From: Patescibacteria group bacterium
GTDB lineage: Bacteria; Patescibacteriota; Patescibacteriia; Patescibacteriales; UBA12465
DNA length: 64,000 nt
Assembly (NCBI GenBank): GCA_041664445.1
Contig: JBAYKT010000003.1
Location: forward strand, 6,282 to 70,281
Direction of reading: 5' to 3'
The notes under the pieces are model-generated. The model saw only the letters and a program-made list of their open reading frames with translations, searched no databases and was not told where the DNA came from. This document shows, piece after piece, positions 39,954 through 47,237 of this stretch. Both the position numbers and the translations under genes were made by a program. How positions within the stretch are numbered: position 1 is the stretch's first letter; the number at the start of each line of letters is the position of its first letter.

Positions 39954-40004
39954 AATGCTATTTTAGCATTAAGAAATTATATCATATTATTATGCTTTTG
40001 TCAA
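39954..40004 (-). promoter_or_regulatory. Consensus sigma70 promoter plus palindromic operator for the lipoprotein gene
   Basis: Minus strand TTGACA (39999-40004)-N17-TATAAT (39976-39981). Perfect 7-3-7 palindrome AATGCTA-ttt-TAGCATT at 39954-39970, over the predicted +1. Confidence 0.65.
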
Positions 40005-40012
40005 TAATATAA

Positions 40013-40037
40013 CAAAAAATAGGCTAATTTCAGCCTA
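40013..40037 (-). terminator. Rho-independent terminator of trpB
   Basis: TAGGCT-gaaatt-AGCCTA followed by TTTTTT on the minus strand. Short stem. Confidence 0.5.
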
Positions 40038-40073
40038 TTTATTGCTTCAATTAAACCTTAGTTTGCCTAATCA

Positions 40074-41273
40074 TTAAATTTGCATATTCTCCACCACAAA
40101 ATCAACATCCTTATCCCCTCGACCAGAAAGATTAACGATAATTGTCTTGTCTGAGTCTAGCTTAGCGGCTAATTTAAGGGCGTAAGCGACAGCATGAGCA
40201 CTTTCTAGGGCCGGAATTATGCCTTCAGTTCGAGAAAGCTCTAAAAAGGCAGCTAAGGCCTCATGGTCATTAATCGTCTCATAGACAACCCGTCCTTTAT
40301 CTTTTAAGTCGGCATGCACCGGACCGACACCTGGGTAATCAAGCCCAGAAGCAATGGAGTGCACCGGCAAAGGCGCTCCCTGTTCATCTTGCAATAAGTA
40401 AGTGAACATTCCGTGGATGTTTCCCGGTTTACCCAAAGTTAAGGTTGCGGCATGTTCGCCTAAGCCAAAACCGCGACCGGCCGGCTCCACGCCAATCATC
40501 TTAACTTCCTCATCTCCTAAAAATTCGTGAAATAAACCAATAGCATTAGAACCGCCGCCCACACAAGCCACTAAATAATCCGGCAAGCGATTTTCCTTCA
40601 CCATTATCTGTTCTTTTGCCTCTCGGCCGACCACTGACTGAAAATCGCGCACCATCATCGGAAAAGGATGTGGTCCGACTACCGAGCCAATGCCAAAAAA
40701 AGTGTCTTGCGGATTTTTGACAAAGGCTTCAAAGGCACTATCCACTGCATCCTTCAAACAGCGGCCGCCAGCTTTAACAGTCACCACTTTGGCTCCCAAT
40801 ATTTTCATCCGAGCAACATTCGGCGCTTGTTTTAAAATATCGATCTCTCCCATATGGATTTCGCATTCCAGCCCTACTAGAGCGGCGGCGGTCGCTAAAG
40901 CAACACCGTGTTGACCCGCGCCCGTTTCTGCTAACAATTTCTTCTTACCTAATCTTTTAGCAAGCAAAGCTTCTCCCAGAGTGTGATTTATTTTATGCGC
41001 TCCGGTATGGTTTAAATCTTCACGCTTCAAATAAATCTTGGCGCCGCCGATTTTAACCGTTAAATTCTTTGCTAAGTATAAAGGCGAGGGGCGGCCAACA
41101 TAATCCCTAAGCAAAGCTTGATATTCCTCTTGAAACTTTGGGTCTTCTTTGGCTAACGAATATTCTTTTTCAACCGCTTCAAAAATTGAGACCAACTCCG
41201 GCGGAATTTGACGGCCACCATAAACGCCGAAATACCCTAATTCATTTGGTAATGATTTTAAATTATTTTTCAT
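40074..41273 (-). CDS. trpB: Tryptophan synthase beta chain (stand-alone)
   Basis: [29 protein letters not shown] (PLP lysine), GGGSNAIG. 399 aa. No other trp gene in the window. Confidence 0.92.
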   Translation of the reverse strand: MKNNLKSLPNELGYFGVYGGRQIPPELVSIFEAVEKEYSLAKEDPKFQEEYQALLRDYVGRPSPLYLAKNLTVKIGGAKIYLKREDLNHTGAHKINHTLGEALLAKRLGKKKLLAETGAGQHGVALATAAALVGLECEIHMGEIDILKQAPNVARMKILGAKVVTVKAGGRCLKDAVDSAFEAFVKNPQDTFFGIGSVVGPHPFPMMVRDFQSVVGREAKEQIMVKENRLPDYLVACVGGGSNAIGLFHEFLGDEEVKMIGVEPAGRGFGLGEHAATLTLGKPGNIHGMFTYLLQDEQGAPLPVHSIASGLDYPGVGPVHADLKDKGRVVYETINDHEALAAFLELSRTEGIIPALESAHAVAYALKLAAKLDSDKTIIVNLSGRGDKDVDFVVENMQI

Positions 41274-41402
41274 ATTATTTTTTTAGTTATTTTTTAATTA
41301 ATCTTTTTTAACAAATTTAACAAACAAAAAAGCGCCGCCAACTAAAAGTGCATTTATGTAAAAAATAATATTTTAACTGCTGATAATTCATATTAAACAA
41401 AT

Positions 41403-41439
41403 AAAAAACCGCCCAAGATCTAAAGAGATATCGGGCGGC
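41403..41439 (-). terminator. Strong rho-independent terminator (end of suf transcript and/or trpB attenuator)
   Basis: Minus strand CCGCCCGAUAUCU-cuuu-AGAUCUUGGGCGG, about 12 bp with one mismatch, followed by UUUUUU. Confidence 0.8.
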
Positions 41440-41465
41440 TGACTTATAATATATAACAAAATTGC

Positions 41466-41528
41466 CTACCCTCTATCTGGGGCGGCTTGCCAGGAAATAT
41501 TCAAATTTCTTAACTTATTAATTCTCAT
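41466..41528 (-). CDS. Candidate 20-aa leader peptide with a Trp codon
   Basis: ATG 41528, MRINKLRNLNISWQAAPDRG, TAG at 41466-41468. The UGG codon is at 41490-41492. The stop codon lies inside a segment that can pair with the 5' arm of the terminator. Hypothetical. Confidence 0.25.
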   Translation of the reverse strand: MRINKLRNLNISWQAAPDRG

Positions 41529-41534
41529 ACTTCT

Positions 41535-41563
41535 ATACTAAATCAATTAGCAAATATTTACAA
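41535..41563 (-). promoter_or_regulatory. Promoter-like element immediately upstream of the leader ORF
   Basis: Minus strand TTGTAA-N17-TAGTAT. The -10 ends 6 nt before the leader ATG, which implies a leaderless or near-leaderless transcript. Confidence 0.3.
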
Positions 41564-41571
41564 GTTGACGA

Positions 41572-41946
41572 TTATTTAGACCTTGCCGAGTCGCTAAGCG
41601 CTTTTTGAACGGCGCGCAAACCCAACATCGCGCAATTATATCGGCGGGCACTGATTTCTACGCCAAAAATATTTTTAATATCTTCAAAATTATAAACTAA
41701 AATTTGTTTCTTAGTTTTACCAATTAATTCTTCACTTAAAATAGAGATTCCGGCTTGCGAAATTGCACAGCCCTGGCCGGTGAAACTTAAGGCCTTTAAT
41801 TTATTGCCGGCAAACTTTAAAAAAACGGTAATGTCATCGCCACAAGTCGCATTTAATTCTTGCTGTTTAAAATCAGCCCCCGCCAAGGCGCCAAAATTAC
41901 GCGGATGCTTATAATGATCAATAATATTTTGCGCGTAGATATCCAT
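41572..41946 (-). CDS. sufU: Fe-S cluster scaffold SufU/IscU-like
   Basis: HYKHPRNFG, ATCGDD, GQGCAIS, RYNCAMLG: the three conserved Cys of the SufU/IscU fold. Confidence 0.8.
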   Translation of the reverse strand: MDIYAQNIIDHYKHPRNFGALAGADFKQQELNATCGDDITVFLKFAGNKLKALSFTGQGCAISQAGISILSEELIGKTKKQILVYNFEDIKNIFGVEISARRYNCAMLGLRAVQKALSDSARSK

Positions 41947-41947
41947 A

Positions 41948-43153
41948 TTATTTAAAGGCCCTGATTAATTCCTGCAAACGGGAAATAAAATAATCAATCT
42001 CGCCCTTGGTATTATAAAAACTAAGACTGGCGCGCAAAGTTGCTGGTGCGCCAAGATAATCATGCAAAGGTTGAGCGCAATGATGGCCGGCGCGTAAAAT
42101 AATCCCAGCCTGCCCTAAAATATCCGCCGCGTCATGTGGATGGACGCCCTTAATTGTAAGCGCAAAAATTGGTAATTTAGCTTTAGCCGTTCCTAAAATT
42201 TTTACCGCTGTTAGCTTTTTGATTTTCTGTAAAAAATAAGTGGTTAATTGTTGTTCTTGGATTTCAATATTATGATGGCCGACGCCCTCCAAATATTTTA
42301 TTGCCGCTCCTAAACCAATTACACCGGCAATATTCGGCGTTCCCGCTTCAAATTTATAAGGGAGCTCATTCACACCGAAAGAATCAGTATCCACAAAACT
42401 AATCATATCGCCGCCGCCCATAAATGGCGGCATTGCTAATAATAATTCTTGGCGTCCGTATAAGACACCGATACCTGTAGGCCCGCCAAGCTTATGACCG
42501 GAAAATACTAAAAAATCGCAACCCAGCCGTTTAACATCAATCTTTAAATGGGCCACGCTCTGGGCAGCATCTATCAAAGTAACAATGCCTTTTTGTTTTG
42601 CCAGCTTAATCAACTGAGATGCAGGATTAATTATACCCAAGACATTAGAGACTTGGGAAATGGCCAATAGTTTAACGCGACGCTTATTTAATAATTTTTT
42701 AGCCGCTACCAAATCCCAAGAACCGTCAGCCTTAAGCGGAATATATTCTAACTTAATACCAATCTTTTCTTGGAGTTGCAGCCACGGCACAATATTGGCA
42801 TGATGCTCGGCGATGCTTAAAACCACAATATCGCCAGCCTGTAAATTAGCTTCTCCCCAAGAGCGGGCGACTAAATTAATACCGGCGGTCGCTCCCGAAG
42901 TAAAAATAATTTCCTCTTTTTGGGCGCCAATAAAATCCGCGACCAAACTTCGAGCAACTTCATATTTTTTAGTCGCTGCGTCGGCTAGCGGATTTAAGCC
43001 ACGATGAACGTTAGCGTTATCATTCTTATAAAAATTACTGATAGCCTCAATAACTGAGCGTGATTTTTGTGCAGTTGAGGCATTATCAAAATAAACCAAA
43101 GACTGGTCCTTAATTTTTTTATTTAAAATGGGGAAATCATTTCTCCTAATCAT
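41948..43153 (-). CDS. sufS: Cysteine desulfurase SufS
   Basis: SGHKLGGPTGIGVLYG (PLP Lys) and RAGHHCAQPL (catalytic Cys). 401 aa. Confidence 0.88.
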   Translation of the reverse strand: MIRRNDFPILNKKIKDQSLVYFDNASTAQKSRSVIEAISNFYKNDNANVHRGLNPLADAATKKYEVARSLVADFIGAQKEEIIFTSGATAGINLVARSWGEANLQAGDIVVLSIAEHHANIVPWLQLQEKIGIKLEYIPLKADGSWDLVAAKKLLNKRRVKLLAISQVSNVLGIINPASQLIKLAKQKGIVTLIDAAQSVAHLKIDVKRLGCDFLVFSGHKLGGPTGIGVLYGRQELLLAMPPFMGGGDMISFVDTDSFGVNELPYKFEAGTPNIAGVIGLGAAIKYLEGVGHHNIEIQEQQLTTYFLQKIKKLTAVKILGTAKAKLPIFALTIKGVHPHDAADILGQAGIILRAGHHCAQPLHDYLGAPATLRASLSFYNTKGEIDYFISRLQELIRAFK

Positions 43154-43155
43154 AA

Positions 43156-43926
43156 TTATTTAGTGCGGTTCTTTTTCTTAATTTCCGCGGCAATCTCTTT
43201 TTTAAACTTGGCCGGCAATCCTTCCGTAAAACGAGCGGTTAATGAATTAATAATAAGCTCGCGTGCTTGCTTTTCGGTAAGTCCGCGGCTTTGCAAATAA
43301 AAAATATCTTCTGGTGATAATTGAAAAGTGCTAGCCCCATGGCCGGCCTTAACTTCATTAGCATCAATTTTCAAGCCCGGGAGCATCACCCCCTTCGCCG
43401 TCCGGCTCATTAGATAAAGTTTCATATCAATGCGCGAATCCGTCTGTTGCGCCAGCGGGTCAATTATAATATTGGAATAATATTTAGCTATCGCTTCCGC
43501 GTTTAAAAGGCCGATAACCGAAAAGCGTCCGCGTGTTCCCGGTTTCGTAAAAATATAATCATCGCTGGCGACAAAAGCTTCTTTACCGGAAAAATAAAAT
43601 AAGACTCGACTCTCAAAGTCCGCGCCTTTCCCTAAGCGGTTAACAAATTTAGAATCGTTATCACTGGAATTAAAATAAGCGCGATAAGAAACGACCTGCG
43701 ACTTATCACCAATAATCAATTCTCGATTTTGCGACGCGGGTAAAGCATTTATCGAGGCCAAAAAAATATATTTAATCTGGCAATTGCGCCCGATAATAAT
43801 TTGAATATTTTTTTCCGCCTTCTTAGCAGTACTGCTCTTTACGGGCGACTTATCAATAATAAAAGCTTCCGTACCATCAGGGATTATAATTTTTTTCTGG
43901 CGGTTAGTAATAATTATTTCTTTCAT
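43156..43926 (-). CDS. sufD: Fe-S assembly protein SufD (short)
   Basis: The C-terminal beta-helix region VKAGHGASTFQLSPEDIFYLQSRGL parallels SufB/D. Position between sufB and sufS. Confidence 0.7.
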   Translation of the reverse strand: MKEIIITNRQKKIIIPDGTEAFIIDKSPVKSSTAKKAEKNIQIIIGRNCQIKYIFLASINALPASQNRELIIGDKSQVVSYRAYFNSSDNDSKFVNRLGKGADFESRVLFYFSGKEAFVASDDYIFTKPGTRGRFSVIGLLNAEAIAKYYSNIIIDPLAQQTDSRIDMKLYLMSRTAKGVMLPGLKIDANEVKAGHGASTFQLSPEDIFYLQSRGLTEKQARELIINSLTARFTEGLPAKFKKEIAAEIKKKNRTK

Positions 43927-43931
43927 AATAT

Positions 43932-45371
43932 TTAACCGACGCTATTTTCCATTTCTAGCTCCACCATCCGATTCATTTCTACTGCATATTCTAGAGGTAA
44001 TTCTTTAACGATGGGATTTATAAAACCGTTAACAATCATGGCGCTCGCCTCGCTCTCGCTTAAGCCGCGACTGCGTAAATAAAAAATATCGTCATCATTC
44101 AATTTGCCGGCGGTCGCTTCATGCGCCAATACTGCCGTTGGATTATTAATTTTAATCATCGGAATGGTATCGGAAGCCGATCGCGGATCTAAAATTAAAG
44201 CATCGCATTTAATATTGGAAACAGCATCTTCGGCGGCGGCGCTAATTTCCACTAAACCGCGATAAACGGCGCGTCCCCCGTCCTTGCTAATACTCTTCAT
44301 CACAATATTGGAGGTGGTTTTTGGCGCTAAATGGATTACCTTCGCGCCCGTGTCTTGAATCTGGCCATGATTGGCAAAAGCGACGCCTAAATGATCGGCA
44401 CTCGCGCCCTCCCCCAACAAGACGGAACAAGGATAAAGCATCGTCACATTACTACCAAAATTACCGCCCACCCATTCCATATGCGCGCCCTCTTGAACTA
44501 AGGCTCTTTTAGTATTTAAATTGTAAGCATCTTTACTCCAGCTTTCCACGCTGCTATAGCGGAAGCGCGCTTTCTTGGCAACATAAACCTCCACACAACC
44601 GGCATGTAAAGAATCAACGCCATAACGCGGGGCGCTACAGCCTTCAATATAATGCGCTTGCGCTTCTTCTTCCACGATTATTAAAGTATGTTCAAACTGC
44701 CCCATACCCTTGGCATTCATCCGAAAATAAGCCTGCAAAGGCAAATCAACTTTTACACCCTTAGGAATATATAAAAAAGTACCGCCGCTCCAAACCGCGC
44801 CATGAAGCGCCGCAAATTTATGGAGAGTTGGTGGGACCGCGCGCATAAAATGTTTTTTAACTAATTCTTCATGCGTCTGCAAAGCGACATCTAAGTCTTC
44901 AAAAACTACTCCCTGGCTGCGAAATTGCTCTTTTAAACTATGATAAATAACGGTTGATTCGTATTGTGCACCGACACCGGCCAGGACTTCTTGTTCGGCC
45001 TGCGGAATGCCAAGTTTATCAAAAGTTTCCTTAATATCTGCTGGCACATCATCCCAAGTTTGCGATTGCTTATCGGTCGCTCGAGCATAATAAGTTATCT
45101 TTCCCAAATCTAAACGCGACAAATCAGGTCCCCAAGTCGGCAAAGGCATTTCCTGATATAGCTTCAAAGACGCTAAACGTTTTTGCAGCATCCACTCCGG
45201 TTCCTGTTTTTCTTGAGAAATAAAACGCACTAGCTTTTCATCCAAACCAACCTTGGTGCCGGACATGTATTCAGATTGATTATAAGAATCCCACAACGAA
45301 TCATGAGAGCTAGCCGTCGCTTTCTTTTTAGGAAGATTTTTCTTTTTTAGCGCTTCTCTCGGCATTCTCAT
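43932..45371 (-). CDS. sufB: Fe-S assembly protein SufB
   Basis: Highly conserved SufB sequence (FEHTLIIVEE, HEATAGKLNDDDIFYLRSRGL). ATGA overlap with sufC. Confidence 0.92.
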   Translation of the reverse strand: MRMPREALKKKNLPKKKATASSHDSLWDSYNQSEYMSGTKVGLDEKLVRFISQEKQEPEWMLQKRLASLKLYQEMPLPTWGPDLSRLDLGKITYYARATDKQSQTWDDVPADIKETFDKLGIPQAEQEVLAGVGAQYESTVIYHSLKEQFRSQGVVFEDLDVALQTHEELVKKHFMRAVPPTLHKFAALHGAVWSGGTFLYIPKGVKVDLPLQAYFRMNAKGMGQFEHTLIIVEEEAQAHYIEGCSAPRYGVDSLHAGCVEVYVAKKARFRYSSVESWSKDAYNLNTKRALVQEGAHMEWVGGNFGSNVTMLYPCSVLLGEGASADHLGVAFANHGQIQDTGAKVIHLAPKTTSNIVMKSISKDGGRAVYRGLVEISAAAEDAVSNIKCDALILDPRSASDTIPMIKINNPTAVLAHEATAGKLNDDDIFYLRSRGLSESEASAMIVNGFINPIVKELPLEYAVEMNRMVELEMENSVG

Positions 45372-46111
45372 AAAACTTTTTTAAAGCCTGATTTTTCTAA
45401 ACGCTTAGCTAATTCCGGTCCGCCGCTGGCGGCAACCTTTCCCTGCTTCATAACAATTACCTTATCCGGCTTAATATATTTTAAAATGCGTAAATAATGA
45501 GTGACAATCATCGCGCTTGTATCTTTGGTTTTAAATCTAGCCATTGCCTGACCAACAACTTTCAGGGCATCAACATCCAAGCCGGAATCAATCTCATCAA
45601 ACACTGCCAGTGTTGGTGCCGCTAGCGCTAATTGCAACATTTCGGCTTTTTTCTTTTCCCCGCCGGAGAATCCCTGATTAAGATACCGCTTGCTCCAATC
45701 GTCTTTAATCTGGAGTTGAGCAACTTCGGCGTCTAATTTCTTTTTAAAATTAAAAACGCTGGGCGCGGTCTTCCCGCGTGCCGAAATTAATGACTTGTGA
45801 AAATCAAAAAGAAAAGGATAAAAATCTAAACCGGCAATTTCCCGCGGCTGTTGCCAAGCTAAAAATATTCCTAAAGCCGCCCGTTCTTCCGGTTTCAAAT
45901 CAACAATGTTTTTACCTTTAAAAATAATTTGGCCAGATTCAATCTGATAAGCGGGATGACCCATAAGTACATTAGACATTGTGCTTTTGCCGGAACCATT
46001 CGGTCCCATAATAACAACCGTTTCTCCTTTTTTAATAGTGAAACTAACGTCATTTAAAATAATCTTACCATCGACAGAAACGTGTAAATTTTTAACAGTT
46101 AATAAATTCAT
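45368..46111 (-). CDS. sufC: Fe-S assembly ATPase SufC
   Basis: Walker A GPNGSGKST, signature FSGGEKKK, Walker B LAVFDEIDSGLD. Confidence 0.92.
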   Translation of the reverse strand: MNLLTVKNLHVSVDGKIILNDVSFTIKKGETVVIMGPNGSGKSTMSNVLMGHPAYQIESGQIIFKGKNIVDLKPEERAALGIFLAWQQPREIAGLDFYPFLFDFHKSLISARGKTAPSVFNFKKKLDAEVAQLQIKDDWSKRYLNQGFSGGEKKKAEMLQLALAAPTLAVFDEIDSGLDVDALKVVGQAMARFKTKDTSAMIVTHYLRILKYIKPDKVIVMKQGKVAASGGPELAKRLEKSGFKKVL

Positions 46112-46512
46112 AATTTTTTTCCCACAAGAGAAGCTAGACTTCTTTTGTTTAAAGCTGATTTAATATCGTCTAAGACGATGTCCCAAGGACCGCGCGCCTT
46201 ACAATCTTTAGCGTTCGGGCATTTACCGTTTAGAGAAATACAACGACGTTGGATATTTCCTTCGAGCGCCTCAAAAATAGCTAACAAAGAAATTTTGCTA
46301 GCCGGCTTGGCTAGTGTATAGCCGCCCTTAGTCCCTTCCCGGCTTTTAATAAGTCCGGCTTTAGTTAGAGGCTGAGAAATCTGAATTAGATATGCTGAAG
46401 TGACCTTAAGCCGCTTGGCTAGGCCGGTTAAAGACAATGGCGAATTATCATTAGCCGCTAATTCCAACATGATAATTAAGCCGTAATCAACGCGAGTTTT
46501 AATTTGAAACAT
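46108..46512 (-). CDS. Rrf2-family (IscR/SufR-like) transcriptional regulator
   Basis: N-terminal wHTH (DYGLIIMLELA...SLTGLAKRLKVTSAYLIQISQPL) and a three-Cys cluster, C-x6-C-x5-C (RRCISLNGKCPNAKDC). ATGA overlap with sufC. Confidence 0.8.
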   Translation of the reverse strand: MFQIKTRVDYGLIIMLELAANDNSPLSLTGLAKRLKVTSAYLIQISQPLTKAGLIKSREGTKGGYTLAKPASKISLLAIFEALEGNIQRRCISLNGKCPNAKDCKARGPWDIVLDDIKSALNKRSLASLVGKKL

Positions 46513-46562
46513 AATATTAATTAGTTATCTGGCAGCCCCTAAAAAATGGACTATCACTTGAT

Positions 46563-46587
46563 AACTATAAGCAGTGTGATTATAGTT
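46563..46587. promoter_or_regulatory. Inverted repeat upstream of rrf2-suf operon (candidate Rrf2 operator)
   Basis: AACTATAA-N9-TTATAGTT, 51-75 nt upstream of the rrf2 ATG. Overlaps TTGAAC / TAGTTA promoter-like hexamers on the minus strand. Confidence 0.35.
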
Positions 46588-46631
46588 CAAAAACAAAAAA
46601 AAGTAAAGACCCCGCTTATTAATGGCGGCGG

Positions 46632-47171
46632 TTATTTTTTTCTTAGCCTTTCTAAAGATTTATATAATACAATACCGGCAGCCACCATCACATTGAGTGA
46701 TTTATTAATGCCATACATCGGCACCTCGACTGCGCCGTCAACCAGACTTAAAGTTTTCTCCTTCAATCCAAAAGTTTCGTTGCCAAAAACAAAAGCTAAG
46801 GGGAATTTATATTTTAAGCGGCGATAATCGAGCGCCGAAGCGGTCTGCTCAACCGCGATAATTTTAATTCTTTTTAATTTCCGAATTTCAGCAATTGCTT
46901 CCTGAGCCGTAGCTTTATAGTCCCAGGGCACCAATTGATAGGCGCCAACCGAGGCTTTGGTAATTTTAGTATCAGGGGGCGTCGCGCAGCCACCGCATAA
47001 ATATAGCTTAGTCGCCCCGATAGCTTCCGCTAAACGGAAAAAGCCACCAATATTATAAGTGTCCAAAACATCTTCTAAAATTATATAAAGCGGCTGGTAG
47101 GCGCGTTCTTTTTTTATTTTTTCCGATAACTCCGAAGGAATCTTCCGAAGCTCGCGAGAATTTAAAGTCAT
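46632..47171 (-). CDS. SpoU/TrmH-family RNA 2'-O-methyltransferase
   Basis: NIGGFFRLAEAIG, FVFGNETFGL, VPMYGINKSLNVMVAAGIVLY (SPOUT knot motifs). Confidence 0.8.
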   Translation of the reverse strand: MTLNSRELRKIPSELSEKIKKERAYQPLYIILEDVLDTYNIGGFFRLAEAIGATKLYLCGGCATPPDTKITKASVGAYQLVPWDYKATAQEAIAEIRKLKRIKIIAVEQTASALDYRRLKYKFPLAFVFGNETFGLKEKTLSLVDGAVEVPMYGINKSLNVMVAAGIVLYKSLERLRKK

Positions 47172-47184
47172 ATGTAATATATTT

Positions 47185-47207
47185 AAAAACGGGCCTCACG
47201 GCCCGTT
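47185..47207 (-). terminator. Rho-independent terminator after mgtA
   Basis: ACGGGCC-tcac-GGCCCGT, a 7-8 bp GC-rich stem, with a U-run on the minus strand (A-run 47185-47189 on plus). Confidence 0.75.
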
Positions 47208-47237
47208 ATATTTATTAGTAAAATAACTGGGTCTTTT

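Noticed and set aside
41274-41571. T-box riboswitch or TRAP-binding (GAG/UAG repeat) leader upstream of trpB
   Set aside because: There is no T-box consensus (GGGUGGNACCGCG-like) and no specifier-loop architecture. (G/U)AG triplets are not regularly spaced. The leader-peptide model fits the sequence better.
46546-46827. 93-aa plus-strand ORF spanning the rrf2-trmH spacer and antisense to trmH. The ORFs at 33117..33389 and 39442..39624 fall in the same class.
   Set aside because: These overlap confidently called genes on the opposite strand or in another frame. They have no motifs. They are likely A/T-rich read-through artefacts.
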